From the NCBI GenBank assembly GCA_963813535.1, contig CAWEZH010000002.1:1472001-1536000 (forward strand): a stretch of 64,000 nt of DNA, read 5' to 3'. Positions 49,410 through 58,747 of this stretch are shown here, piece after piece. Position 1 is the stretch's first letter, and the number at the start of each line of letters is the position of its first letter. This DNA comes from an uncultured Chloroflexia bacterium (GTDB lineage: Bacteria; Chloroflexota; Limnocylindria; Limnocylindrales; CSP1-4). The notes beneath the pieces are model-generated. The model saw nothing but the letters and a program-made list of their open reading frames with translations. It did not search any database and was not told the origin of the DNA. The position numbers were made by a program, and so were the translations under genes.

Positions 49410-50285
49410 ATGACGTCGACGCTGCTGCCGGACGCGGTCGCCGCGGCGTTGGCCGATCCCGATCCCGGAGAGCGCATCACGGTCGAGGCGGCTGGGATCC
49501 CGTGGTCGGCGATCGTGTGGGGCGACCCGGATGCGCAGCCGTTGCTGCTGATCCACGGCGTCACCGCGTCGGCAGCCGTGTGGTGGCGCGTCGGACCGGC
49601 GCTTGCCGCGAGCGGTCGGCGCGTGACCGCGGTCGACCAGGCCGGCCACGGTCGGACCGGCCACTGGCAGGGCCATCACCGGTTCCGCGACAACGCCGCC
49701 GACCTTGCCGCGTTCGTCCGGGCCGCGGGTCTCGACCGGGACGACCTCCGGATCATCGGGCACAGCTGGGGCGCGGTGACCGCGGCGGCCTTGCCGGTCG
49801 CGGGGATCAGGCCGGTCACCCTCATCCTCATCGATCCCCCGGTGTTGCCGCTCGAGCGCATCGGGCTCGAGGCTAGCGATCCGAAACAGCAACCCGTCAC
49901 GAGCTTCGACGAGGCCGTCGCCGCGATCCGCACGACCGACCCGCACCTGTCCGAGGGCGACGTCAAGGCGATGGCGCAGGGCATCGTCGAACTCGACTTC
50001 GAGGCTGCGCGCTCGGTCGTTCTCGACAACGGTGACTGGGATGGCGGGCTCTCCGACCTGCGCGACCCGGCGGCCGCGGGCCTCGACGTGTGGATCGTCC
50101 GAGGCGACCCGCGCACGGGCAGCTACGTGGACGATGCGGCGGCGCGCGACTTCGCCGAGATCGTCGGCGAGGACCACGTCATCACGATCGAGGGCGGACC
50201 GCATTCGCCGCAGCGAACGCACTCCGCCCAGACGGTCGCCATCCTCCTGCGCGCCCTCGGGCCGGCCTCGCCAGCCTCGCCCTAG
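49410..50285 (+). CDS. Alpha/beta hydrolase
   Basis: LLIHGV, DQAGHG, GHSWG nucleophile elbow, C-terminal GPH. Confidence 0.9.
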   Translation: MTSTLLPDAVAAALADPDPGERITVEAAGIPWSAIVWGDPDAQPLLLIHGVTASAAVWWRVGPALAASGRRVTAVDQAGHGRTGHWQGHHRFRDNAADLAAFVRAAGLDRDDLRIIGHSWGAVTAAALPVAGIRPVTLILIDPPVLPLERIGLEASDPKQQPVTSFDEAVAAIRTTDPHLSEGDVKAMAQGIVELDFEAARSVVLDNGDWDGGLSDLRDPAAAGLDVWIVRGDPRTGSYVDDAAARDFAEIVGEDHVITIEGGPHSPQRTHSAQTVAILLRALGPASPASP

Positions 50286-51772
50286 GCGGTCCCTCGCCGG
50301 ATCGCCACGGCACGCCGGTATGCCTCGAGATACTTCGGCGCCGGGCCGGACGACCAGTCGAAGTCGGTGGCCATCGCGCGATCGATGAGCTGGTCCCACA
50401 CGGTCCCGCCTGCCGATCGCAGGGCGAACGCCCGCTCGGACGCTTCGATCAGCGCAGCCGGCGTGGCCGGCTCGAAGACGAAGCCGTTCCCGGAACCTGG
50501 CTGGCGGGTGACGTCGACGACGGTGTCGGCCAGTCCCCCCGTCCGCCGGACGATCGGTGGCGTGCCGTAGCGCATCGCGATCATCTGCCCCTGTCCCGAC
50601 GGCTCGAACCGCGATGGCATCGCGAAGAAGTCGGCACCGGCGTAGATCCGCCGCGCCATGTCGCGATCGAAGCGCTCGATGAAGGCGACCTTGCCGGGCG
50701 ACGCAGCCGCGAGCTCGCGGAATGGGTCGGCGAGCGATGGGTGCCCAGCGCCCTGGACGACGAGCCGGGCGCCCCGTTCGATGAGCGCCGGAGCCGCCTC
50801 GGCAAGGAGGTCGAAGCCCTTCTGCGGATCGAGCCGCCCGATCATACCGATCACCGGCCCGCGGTCGGCCGGGTCCATCCCGTTCCGGGTCAGCAGGTCG
50901 GCCCGGCAGACCACCTTGCCGCCGAGGTCGCGACGAGCATATGGCGCGGCCAGTGATGGGTCGTTGGCCGGGTCCCACACAGTCTCGTCGAGGCCGTTCA
51001 GGATCCCGAAGAAGCGGTCGCCGCGCGAGCGCAACAGACCGTCGAGGCCCATCCCGAACTCCGGCGTCAACGCCTCGCGCGCGTAGCCGACCGACACGGT
51101 GTTCACGATCTCGGCGGCCTCGATGCCGGCCGCCAGCAGGTCGATGCCATCGGTGTTCTGGCCGGGCGCCGCATCGCCCGGTCGCAACCCGAGCTGCGGC
51201 AGGTCGGCGTTCGACGTCCAGCCGTGATAGGCGAGGTTGTGGAGGGTCGTCACCAGCGCTGCCGGACCGATGACCGGATCGTCGCGGTACTGCCGGTCGC
51301 GGAAGATCCCGGCCGGCCCCGCCTGCCAATCGTGCGCGTGGATGACGTCGACCGGCCGCCCCTCGGCGCGCAGCGCCTCGAGCGCCGCTCGCACGTACAG
51401 GCCGAAGCGCCACGCGTTGTCGGCGTAGTCGCCGGCGGTATCGCCGTAGAACCCCTCCCGGTCGAATGCCGGCGGATGGTCGATCAGGCGCAGCCGGTAC
51501 CCGTCGGCGACGACGTCGACGATCGTGATATCGCTCGAGCCGGTCCGTGCGCGGGGGTCGGGTACCGCGACCGTCGTCTCGGCCAGGACGGCGTCCGGCC
51601 GCGGCTCCGGTACGCCCCGGTAGCGCGGGAGGAAGACGTCGACGGGCGCGTCGATCACGTCCTCGCCCAGCCCTCCGACGGCGCGTGCCAGGGCATCGAC
51701 GACATCGGCAAGGCCGCCGGTCTTGGCCCAGGGCTCGCACTCGGACGACAGGAAGGCGACGCGGAGACCCAC
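50282..51772 (-). CDS. glgA: Glycogen synthase
   Basis: KTGGLADV, HAHDWQ, LHNLAYHG, GILNG, RLDPQKG, MPSRFEP, TGGLADTV motifs. Confidence 0.95.
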   Translation of the reverse strand: MGLRVAFLSSECEPWAKTGGLADVVDALARAVGGLGEDVIDAPVDVFLPRYRGVPEPRPDAVLAETTVAVPDPRARTGSSDITIVDVVADGYRLRLIDHPPAFDREGFYGDTAGDYADNAWRFGLYVRAALEALRAEGRPVDVIHAHDWQAGPAGIFRDRQYRDDPVIGPAALVTTLHNLAYHGWTSNADLPQLGLRPGDAAPGQNTDGIDLLAAGIEAAEIVNTVSVGYAREALTPEFGMGLDGLLRSRGDRFFGILNGLDETVWDPANDPSLAAPYARRDLGGKVVCRADLLTRNGMDPADRGPVIGMIGRLDPQKGFDLLAEAAPALIERGARLVVQGAGHPSLADPFRELAAASPGKVAFIERFDRDMARRIYAGADFFAMPSRFEPSGQGQMIAMRYGTPPIVRRTGGLADTVVDVTRQPGSGNGFVFEPATPAALIEASERAFALRSAGGTVWDQLIDRAMATDFDWSSGPAPKYLEAYRRAVAIRRGTA

Positions 51773-51865
51773 AGCGGCATGGTAGATGGCGGCGTGGCGA
51801 GCGTGTCCGTCGCGTGCGACTAAACCGGTTCACGAGCACGAGATGACCCGGTATGATGCCCCGCC

Positions 51866-54046
51866 ATGGACCCCGTCACGATCCCGTCGATCCCGGCCGC
51901 CTCGTTCCCGCTCCCACCGCGACTCGAGGGCCTCCGACGGCTGGCGTACAACCTCCACTGGGCGTGGAGCCCCGAGACGCGCAATCTCTGGAGCCTCATC
52001 GACCGGACGGCGTGGAACCGCTATCGCAACCCCATCCCGGTCATCAGCGGCCCGACCGACTGGTCGCGCCTTCTCGACGACGAGAAATTCCTCGCCGAAT
52101 TCCAGGATGTGCTGGCCGACTTCGACCGCTACATGGCCGACGGCTCGGGTCACTGGTTCCAGCGCCGCCACGGCGACAAGCTCGATGGCCCCATCGCCTA
52201 CTTCTGTGCCGAGTACGGGATCCATGAGTCCCTCGGCATCTACTCCGGCGGCCTGGGCGTCCTCGCCGGGGACCACATGAAGTCGGCAAGCGACATGGCG
52301 CTGCCGTTCGTCGGCGTCGGCCTGCTGTACCGCAAGGGCTACTTCCGCCAGTCGATCGACGCCGACGGCCATCAGGAACACGCGTACCCCGACTATGACC
52401 TCAGCCGGCTGCCGCTGGCCCGCGTCCAGGGCACGAACGGCCTGCCGCTCGACGTGGAGCTGCAGCTGCCCGGTCGCAAGCTGTCGATCGCGGTCTGGCT
52501 GGCGCAGGTCGGCCGCATCCCGGTGTTGCTGCTCGATACGGACGTGAGCGAGAACGCCGTCGAGGACCGGCCCATCACGCACATCCTGTACGTCCGCGGC
52601 CGGGAGATGCGGCTCCACCAGGAGCTGGTCCTCGGCATCGGTGGCGTGCGTGCGCTGCGGGCGCTCGGCATGGCGCCGGCCGTCTGGCACCTGAACGAGG
52701 GGCACTCGGCATTCCTGCTGGCCGAGCGGGCCCGCGAGTACGTCCGGGACGGGCTCGCCCTCAGCGACGCGTTCGACCGGGTCAAGCGCGACGCCGCGTT
52801 CACCATCCACACCCCCGTGTCGGCGGGCAACGAGCGCTTCGACGCCGACCTCGTCCGGCGCGTGGCGGGCCCGATGCTCGACGCCGGCGGCGTGCCCGTG
52901 GAGCGCGTGCTCGATCTCGGACTGGGGACGGACGGCGATCGAGGCCAGTTCGACATGACGGCCTTCAGCCTGCGCCTCACGTCCGGCGCCAACGCCGTCA
53001 GCAAGCTCCACGCGGCGACGGCCAACGCGACCTGGCAGACCATCACCCACGGACGGATCCTCGCGGTCACGAACGGCGTCCATGGCCCGACCTGGGTCGG
53101 TCAACCGGTGGTCGAGCTCCTGTCGCGCCATCTCGACGCGGATCTGGACATGCTCGACGCCGGGTCGCGCCAGGACCGCTTCTGGGAGCGCCTCGGGCGC
53201 ATCCCCACTGCCGAGCTGTGGGAAGCGCACCTCCGCCAGAAGCGCGAGCTGGCGATCTTCCTGCAGGGTCGCTTGCGCAGCCAGCTCGCCCGTCACGGCG
53301 AGGCGCCGGCGGTCCTCGCCGAGGTCGAGAGCATCCTCGACCCAGGCGTCCTGACGATCGGCTTCGCGCGCCGGTTCGCGACCTACAAGCGTGCCGGCCT
53401 GCTGTTCACCGATATGGACCGCCTCGCCCGCCTGCTGTGGAGCGCCGATCGTCCCGTCCAGATCATCTTCGCGGGCAAGGCCCACCCGGCCGACCGCCCC
53501 GGCCAGCGGGTCATCCAGGAGATCTTCCAGCACTCGCGCTCGCCCAAGCTCCGCGGCCGGGTGTTCATCCTCGAGGACTACGACGTGCGCGTCGCGCGGT
53601 TCCTGGTCCAGGGCGTCGATACGTGGCTCAACAACCCACGCCGACCGCTCGAAGCATCCGGCACGTCGGGCATGAAGGCGGCCCAGAACGGCGTGCCCAA
53701 CATCAGCGTGCTCGATGGCTGGTGGGACGAGGGCTTCGAGGGCGACAACGGCTGGGCGATCGGCGGTCGCGAGCAAAGCGACGACGAGTCGGCACAGGAC
53801 TGGTCGGACGCCGAGGACTTGTACCGGCTTCTCGAGACGGAGCTCGTCCCCGCGTACTACGAGCGCGACAAGTCCGGCATCCCCCTGCGCTGGGTCGAGG
53901 TGATGCGACGCGCGATGGCATCGTCGCTCTGGGCGTTCTCGACCACCCGCATGCTCCAGGAGTACACGGAGGGCCTGTACCTCCCGGCGGCCGGCGTCGA
54001 GGTCCCCACGCCGGTCGCGGAGCCGGTGGTCACCGAGGCGGGCTGA
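51866..54046 (+). CDS. glgP: Alpha-glucan (glycogen) phosphorylase
   Basis: YSGGLGVLAGD, HLNEGH, TNGVH, FARRFATYKR, AGKAHP, EASGTSGMK motifs. Confidence 0.96.
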   Translation: MDPVTIPSIPAASFPLPPRLEGLRRLAYNLHWAWSPETRNLWSLIDRTAWNRYRNPIPVISGPTDWSRLLDDEKFLAEFQDVLADFDRYMADGSGHWFQRRHGDKLDGPIAYFCAEYGIHESLGIYSGGLGVLAGDHMKSASDMALPFVGVGLLYRKGYFRQSIDADGHQEHAYPDYDLSRLPLARVQGTNGLPLDVELQLPGRKLSIAVWLAQVGRIPVLLLDTDVSENAVEDRPITHILYVRGREMRLHQELVLGIGGVRALRALGMAPAVWHLNEGHSAFLLAERAREYVRDGLALSDAFDRVKRDAAFTIHTPVSAGNERFDADLVRRVAGPMLDAGGVPVERVLDLGLGTDGDRGQFDMTAFSLRLTSGANAVSKLHAATANATWQTITHGRILAVTNGVHGPTWVGQPVVELLSRHLDADLDMLDAGSRQDRFWERLGRIPTAELWEAHLRQKRELAIFLQGRLRSQLARHGEAPAVLAEVESILDPGVLTIGFARRFATYKRAGLLFTDMDRLARLLWSADRPVQIIFAGKAHPADRPGQRVIQEIFQHSRSPKLRGRVFILEDYDVRVARFLVQGVDTWLNNPRRPLEASGTSGMKAAQNGVPNISVLDGWWDEGFEGDNGWAIGGREQSDDESAQDWSDAEDLYRLLETELVPAYYERDKSGIPLRWVEVMRRAMASSLWAFSTTRMLQEYTEGLYLPAAGVEVPTPVAEPVVTEAG

Positions 54047-54050
54047 GCCC

Positions 54051-56184
54051 GTGCCCTCTCGGATCTCGCTCGCTCTCGCGCTTCACAACCACCAGCCGGT
54101 CGGCAACTTCGGCTGGGTCTTCGCCGAAGTATTCGAGAAGGCGTACGAGCCCATGGTCGACGCACTCGAGCGGCATCCGGGCGTCCGCCTTTCGCTCCAC
54201 TACACGGGGCCGCTCCTGCAGTGGCTTATCGCCGAACGAGGCGATACGGTCGCGCGGCTCCGGACGCTGGTCGACCGGGACCAGGTCGAGATCCTCGGCG
54301 GTGGGTACTTCGAGCCGGTCCTGGCCTCGCTGCCCGAGCGCGACAGGATCGGCCAGCTCCGCCGGATGGCCGACGAGCTGGAGGGACTGTTCGGCCGGAG
54401 ACCACGCGGCGCATGGCTCGCGGAACGGGTCTGGGAGCCCGACCTGCCGACCTCGCTGGTCGCTGCCGGGTACGAGTGGACGGTGCTCGACGACGCCCAC
54501 TTCCGCGCGGCCGCGATCCCCGAGGAGGACCTGTGGGGCCCGTACACCACCGAGGACCAGGGTCACCTGTTACGGGTCTTCGGGACCGAGCAAGGTTTGC
54601 GCTACCGGATCCCGTTCCGCGACGTCGAGGACGTCATCGAGTACCTGCGCAGCCACGCGACCGAGACCGGCGATCGTGTCGGCGTAATGGGTGACGACGG
54701 CGAGAAGTTCGGCGCCTGGCCGACGACCTGGGAGCACTGTTGGGGCGAGCGCCGGTGGGTGGATCGGTTCTTCACGGCGCTCGAGGCGAACGCCGACTGG
54801 TTGACCACGACGACGCCCTCCGCGTGGCTTGCTGACCACCCGCCGATCGGCCGCGTCTATATCCCGACCGGGTCGTACGCCGAGATGGGCGAGTGGGCCC
54901 TGCCCGCCGACGAGAGCCTCGAATACAACGCCATCGTCCATCAGGCCCAGGCCGAGAAGCGGCCCGAGGCGCGCTGGCTCCGTGGGGCGTTCTGGCGGAA
55001 CTTCCAGGTCAAATACCGCGAGATCAACGACCTGCACAAGCGGATGCTCGGGGTATCGGCAGCCGTGGCAGGGATGCCGGATGGGCCCGCCCGCGATCGC
55101 GCGCTCGACCACCTCTATCAGGGCCAATCGAACGACTGCTACTGGCATGGGCTGTTCGGCGGCATCTATATCAGCCACATGCGGCTGGCCACCCATGAGC
55201 ACCTCATCGCCGCCGAGGACATCGCCGAGAACGAGAGCGGGTCGCTCCAGAGCGCCGAGCGGCGAGATCTCGACATGGACGGCATCGACGAGATCCGGCT
55301 GTCCGATGCGGGCCAGGTCGTCACGGTGGATCTGGACGGCGGCGCCGGCATCGGCGCCTGGGATGTCCGGCCCGTCCGCCATGCGCTCGCCGCGGTGATG
55401 CGGCGGCGGCCCGGAGGCCTACCACGCGACGCTTCGGTCGTTCGATGAGACGGCAGGTCATGTCGAGGGCGTGGATGGGCCGGCCTCGATCCACGACACC
55501 GTCCGCGTCAAGGAAGCCGGCCTCGCGGCTCGGATCGTCTATGACGCATACGAGCGGCGATCCGGTCTCGTTCGTGTCCTGGCCGTGGAGACGACCCCAG
55601 ACGAGTGGGCGACCGCCCGGGCCGAGGAGCTCGGGGACGTCGTCGACGGCGCATTCGCGGTGGAGGCGCTCGAGACCGGTCGCCTCGTCACCCGTCGGGC
55701 CGCGCGGATCTGCGGAGCGTCCGTGACCGTGACCAAGACCATCACGCTCGGCGGTGACCGCCGCGCACCGACCCTGACGCTCGCGCTTGACCTCGAGCAC
55801 CGCGCTGGCCCGGCGTTCGACGGCCGTGTCGGCATCGAATGGGCGCTGACGATGCTCGGCGGTGGCGGGAACCCGGCAGCGTGGTGGGACATCCGCGGCG
55901 TCCGCAGCGGGCACGATGTCAGCGGCATGGCCCACGACGTGTCCACGATCGCCCAGGGCAACGACTACATCGGCGTCTCCGTGACATCGACCACGACGTC
56001 CGCCGACGCCTGGTGGGCGCCCATCGAGACGGTGTCGAATTCCGAGGACGGCTTCGAACGCAGCTACCAGGGCAGCGCGCTGCTGTTGTCGTGGCCGGTC
56101 CACCTCGCGCCGGGCGATCGATGGACGCGCACCGTGACCAACGTCGTGGCCACGACCCGCGACCGGGCGACGGAGCAGCCATGA
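54051..56184 (+). CDS. GH57 alpha-amylase/4-alpha-glucanotransferase; apparent +1 frameshift near 55414
   Basis: HNHQPVGNF, WLAERVW, DDGEKFG, NDCYWHG. RRRPEAYH is restored by removing one G, joining the downstream frame that ends SNSEDGFERSYQG. Confidence 0.88.
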
Positions 56185-57614
56185 ACCAGAGGTCCCTGGT
56201 CGTCCACGGGCACTTCTATCAACCGCCCCGGCTCGATCCGTTCACAGGGACGATGCCTCGCGATCCGACCGCGGCGCCGGCGCACGATTGGAACGAGCGC
56301 ATCAGCGCGGACTGCTATCGCCCGAATGCGGAGCTCGGCAATCTCGGGGCGATGTCGTGGGACCTCGGGCCGACGCTCGCCGGCTGGCTCGAGCAGGGCG
56401 ACGAGGTCGCGTATCGCGGCTTCGTCGACGGCGACCGAGGATCGAACGGGCTGGCGCAGCCATTCCATCACGCGATCCTGCCGCTCGCGAGCGCCGCCGA
56501 TCGCCGGACCGAGATCCGCTGGGGGCTGCGCGACTTCGAGCTCAGGTTCGGCCGGCGACCAGCCGGCATCTGGCTGCCCGAGACGGCCGTCGACATCGAG
56601 ACGCTGCGTCTGCTCGTGGACGAGGACATCGTGTTCACGATCCTCGCGCCGTGGCAGGTCGAGGGGACACCGTGGATCGATACGCGTCGTCCGGTCCGGA
56701 TCGACCTCGGCGATGGACGGTCGATCGTCGCCGTCCTGTACGACGCTGCCCTGTCGACGGCCGTGTCGTTCGAGCCCACGGCCACCATCGACGCCGACAC
56801 GTTCGTGCGGGAGCGGGTCGTGCCGCGGTTCGAGGACGATGGTGAAGACGGTCTCGTCGTCATCGCGACCGATGGCGAGCTGTACGGCCACCATCAGCCG
56901 TTCCGCGAGCAGTTCCTGGCCCGGCTGGTCGGCAGCACCGCCCCGTCGGATCGGCCCTACGCGACGCCGTCATTGGCGGATGCGGTCGCGCGTGCGGCAT
57001 CGGGCGGCCTCGCGACGGCCCACCTCCGGGAGCGGACGTCGTGGAGCTGCCATCACGGCATCGACCGCTGGGCGGGCGACTGCGACTGCGTCTCCGATGG
57101 GGACTGGAAACGCCCGCTGCGGGCGGTCCTCGACCGGTTGGCAGGTGGCGTGGACGCGGCGACCGACCATCTGGCAGCCGCTCTCCCCGGGTCGCCGGAT
57201 CCCTGGGCAGCCCGGGACGACTACGTCGACGTCATCGTGGGAGTGCAGGAGGCGGCTGGGTTCGTCGGCGATCGGCTCGGGACGTCGGCCGGCCCCGAGG
57301 ACGTGCGCGTGCTGCACGACCTGCTGGACGCCCAACGGTGGCGTCTGGCGATGTTCGCGAGCTGCGCATTCTTCTGGGACGTGCCTGACCGCATCGAGAC
57401 GGCCGGTGCGCTGCGTGCCGCGGTCCGCGCCGCCCGGCTTGTCGACGCGCTCGCCGACACGGCCCTCGAGGCGCGGCTGCTGGCCGACCTGGCGATGGTC
57501 CACGGCGAGGACGTCGACGGGACCGATCTCGTGCAGGCGGCGCTGTCCGTGGTCGGGGCGCCGCCGAGTCCCCTCCAGAATCCGTCAGCCCGCGACCTGC
57601 GCGCCACGGGCTGA
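56181..57614 (+). CDS. GH57 family DUF3536-type glycoside hydrolase
   Basis: HGHFYQPPR, DWNERI, HAILPL, WLPETAVD, ATDGELYGHH, SWSCHHGIDRW, MFASCAFFWD motifs. Confidence 0.88.
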   Translation: MNQRSLVVHGHFYQPPRLDPFTGTMPRDPTAAPAHDWNERISADCYRPNAELGNLGAMSWDLGPTLAGWLEQGDEVAYRGFVDGDRGSNGLAQPFHHAILPLASAADRRTEIRWGLRDFELRFGRRPAGIWLPETAVDIETLRLLVDEDIVFTILAPWQVEGTPWIDTRRPVRIDLGDGRSIVAVLYDAALSTAVSFEPTATIDADTFVRERVVPRFEDDGEDGLVVIATDGELYGHHQPFREQFLARLVGSTAPSDRPYATPSLADAVARAASGGLATAHLRERTSWSCHHGIDRWAGDCDCVSDGDWKRPLRAVLDRLAGGVDAATDHLAAALPGSPDPWAARDDYVDVIVGVQEAAGFVGDRLGTSAGPEDVRVLHDLLDAQRWRLAMFASCAFFWDVPDRIETAGALRAAVRAARLVDALADTALEARLLADLAMVHGEDVDGTDLVQAALSVVGAPPSPLQNPSARDLRATG

Positions 57615-57627
57615 CGAGGGTACGGCT

Positions 57628-57680
57628 TGCTATAGTCGACTGGTCCAACCCGAGGATATTTGGACTACCACGCTATGTCA
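57628..57680 (+). promoter_or_regulatory. Two imperfect GntR/YtrA-like boxes (TGGACTA-N6-TAGTCCA type)
   Basis: TGCTATA-gtcgac-TGGTCCA and TGGACTA-ccacgc-TATGTCA; TATAGT -10 lies inside the first. Confidence 0.5.
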
Positions 57681-58715
57681 ATCGATCCGACCGCAACGTC
57701 CGCCGCGGGGACCGCCGTCACGTCGCAGGTGACGCCCGGCGGGAGCCTCGACGTCGAGCGCGATTCCGACCTCCCGATCTCCACACAGATCTTCTGGCAA
57801 CTTGCCTATCAGATCGACTCGGGGCGGCTGCTGCCCGGGTCTCGACTGCCGCCGGTCCGCGAGCTCGGTGCGGCACTGCGGGTCAATCCGAACACGATCC
57901 GGGCGGTCTACCGCCGTCTGGCCGACGCGGGCTACGTCACGAGCCGGCATGGGGCCGGCACCCACGTGGCCGATCGACCGCCACAGCGGCGCGGTGCAGA
58001 AGCGCTCGGTGGCATCGTCGCCGAGCTGCTGCGCCGGGCGGCGCACGCCGGGTTCACCGCCGATGAGGTCGCGGCGGCGACCTTCGCCGCGGCAACGGAA
58101 CGGAAGCGACCGGGACCACTCGTCCGGGTCGTGTTCGCCGAGTGCACCAGCGCCGACGCCGGCTACGACGCCGAGCGGCTGGTCGACGCGTTCCCCGGCA
58201 TGATCGAGGCCGAGGGCGCGCTGATCGACGACCTGCCGGAACGGCTCGACAAGTTCCACTACGACATCGTGGCGACGACGACCTTCCATGCCGACGAGGC
58301 CCAGGTCCTCGCCGCGGGCCGGTTGCCGGTCGTGGCGATGCTGGTCGGACCGGGCTACCTCGAGCTCGTACACGAGATCGCCGTGCTCCCGCCTGGATCG
58401 CGCGTTGGTCTCGTCTGCGCCAACGAGCGCGGCGCCGACAACATCCTCGAGACGTTGCGGTTGTCGGGCACGACCGGCGTCGAGATCGTGCCGGCACTCA
58501 TCGGCGAGACGGATCAGCTGACGGTCGTGGACGAGACCGCCAACCTCATCCTGATGTCCCGCGAGGCGTTGGCCGCCGGACTGGATCGCCAGATGCACGA
58601 CCCCGATCGCATCCGTCAGTGGTCCTACGAGTTCGACCCCGCCGGCCTGGAGCTGCTCCGCCGGGCGATCGAGCACGTCGCAGCCGAGCGGCCGGCCGAG
58701 GTGCCTGCCGGCTGA
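57675..58715 (+). CDS. GntR (YtrA-like HTH) regulator with long C-terminal domain
   Basis: LPGSRLPPVRELGAALRVNPNTIRAVYRRL...GAGTHV; about 200 aa alpha/beta tail. Confidence 0.9.
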   Translation: MSIDPTATSAAGTAVTSQVTPGGSLDVERDSDLPISTQIFWQLAYQIDSGRLLPGSRLPPVRELGAALRVNPNTIRAVYRRLADAGYVTSRHGAGTHVADRPPQRRGAEALGGIVAELLRRAAHAGFTADEVAAATFAAATERKRPGPLVRVVFAECTSADAGYDAERLVDAFPGMIEAEGALIDDLPERLDKFHYDIVATTTFHADEAQVLAAGRLPVVAMLVGPGYLELVHEIAVLPPGSRVGLVCANERGADNILETLRLSGTTGVEIVPALIGETDQLTVVDETANLILMSREALAAGLDRQMHDPDRIRQWSYEFDPAGLELLRRAIEHVAAERPAEVPAG

Positions 58716-58747
58716 CGATGCCATCCGGCGCATGCCATCCTTCGGCG

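Noticed and set aside
48927-51839. Very long alternative-frame ORFs (e.g. 970 aa here, 921 aa at 58625-61390, 725 aa at 39849-42026)
   Set aside because: Shadow frames of real genes in high-GC DNA, Arg/Pro/Gly-rich or antisense, with no motifs; only the last 129 aa of this one (ACT protein) is real.
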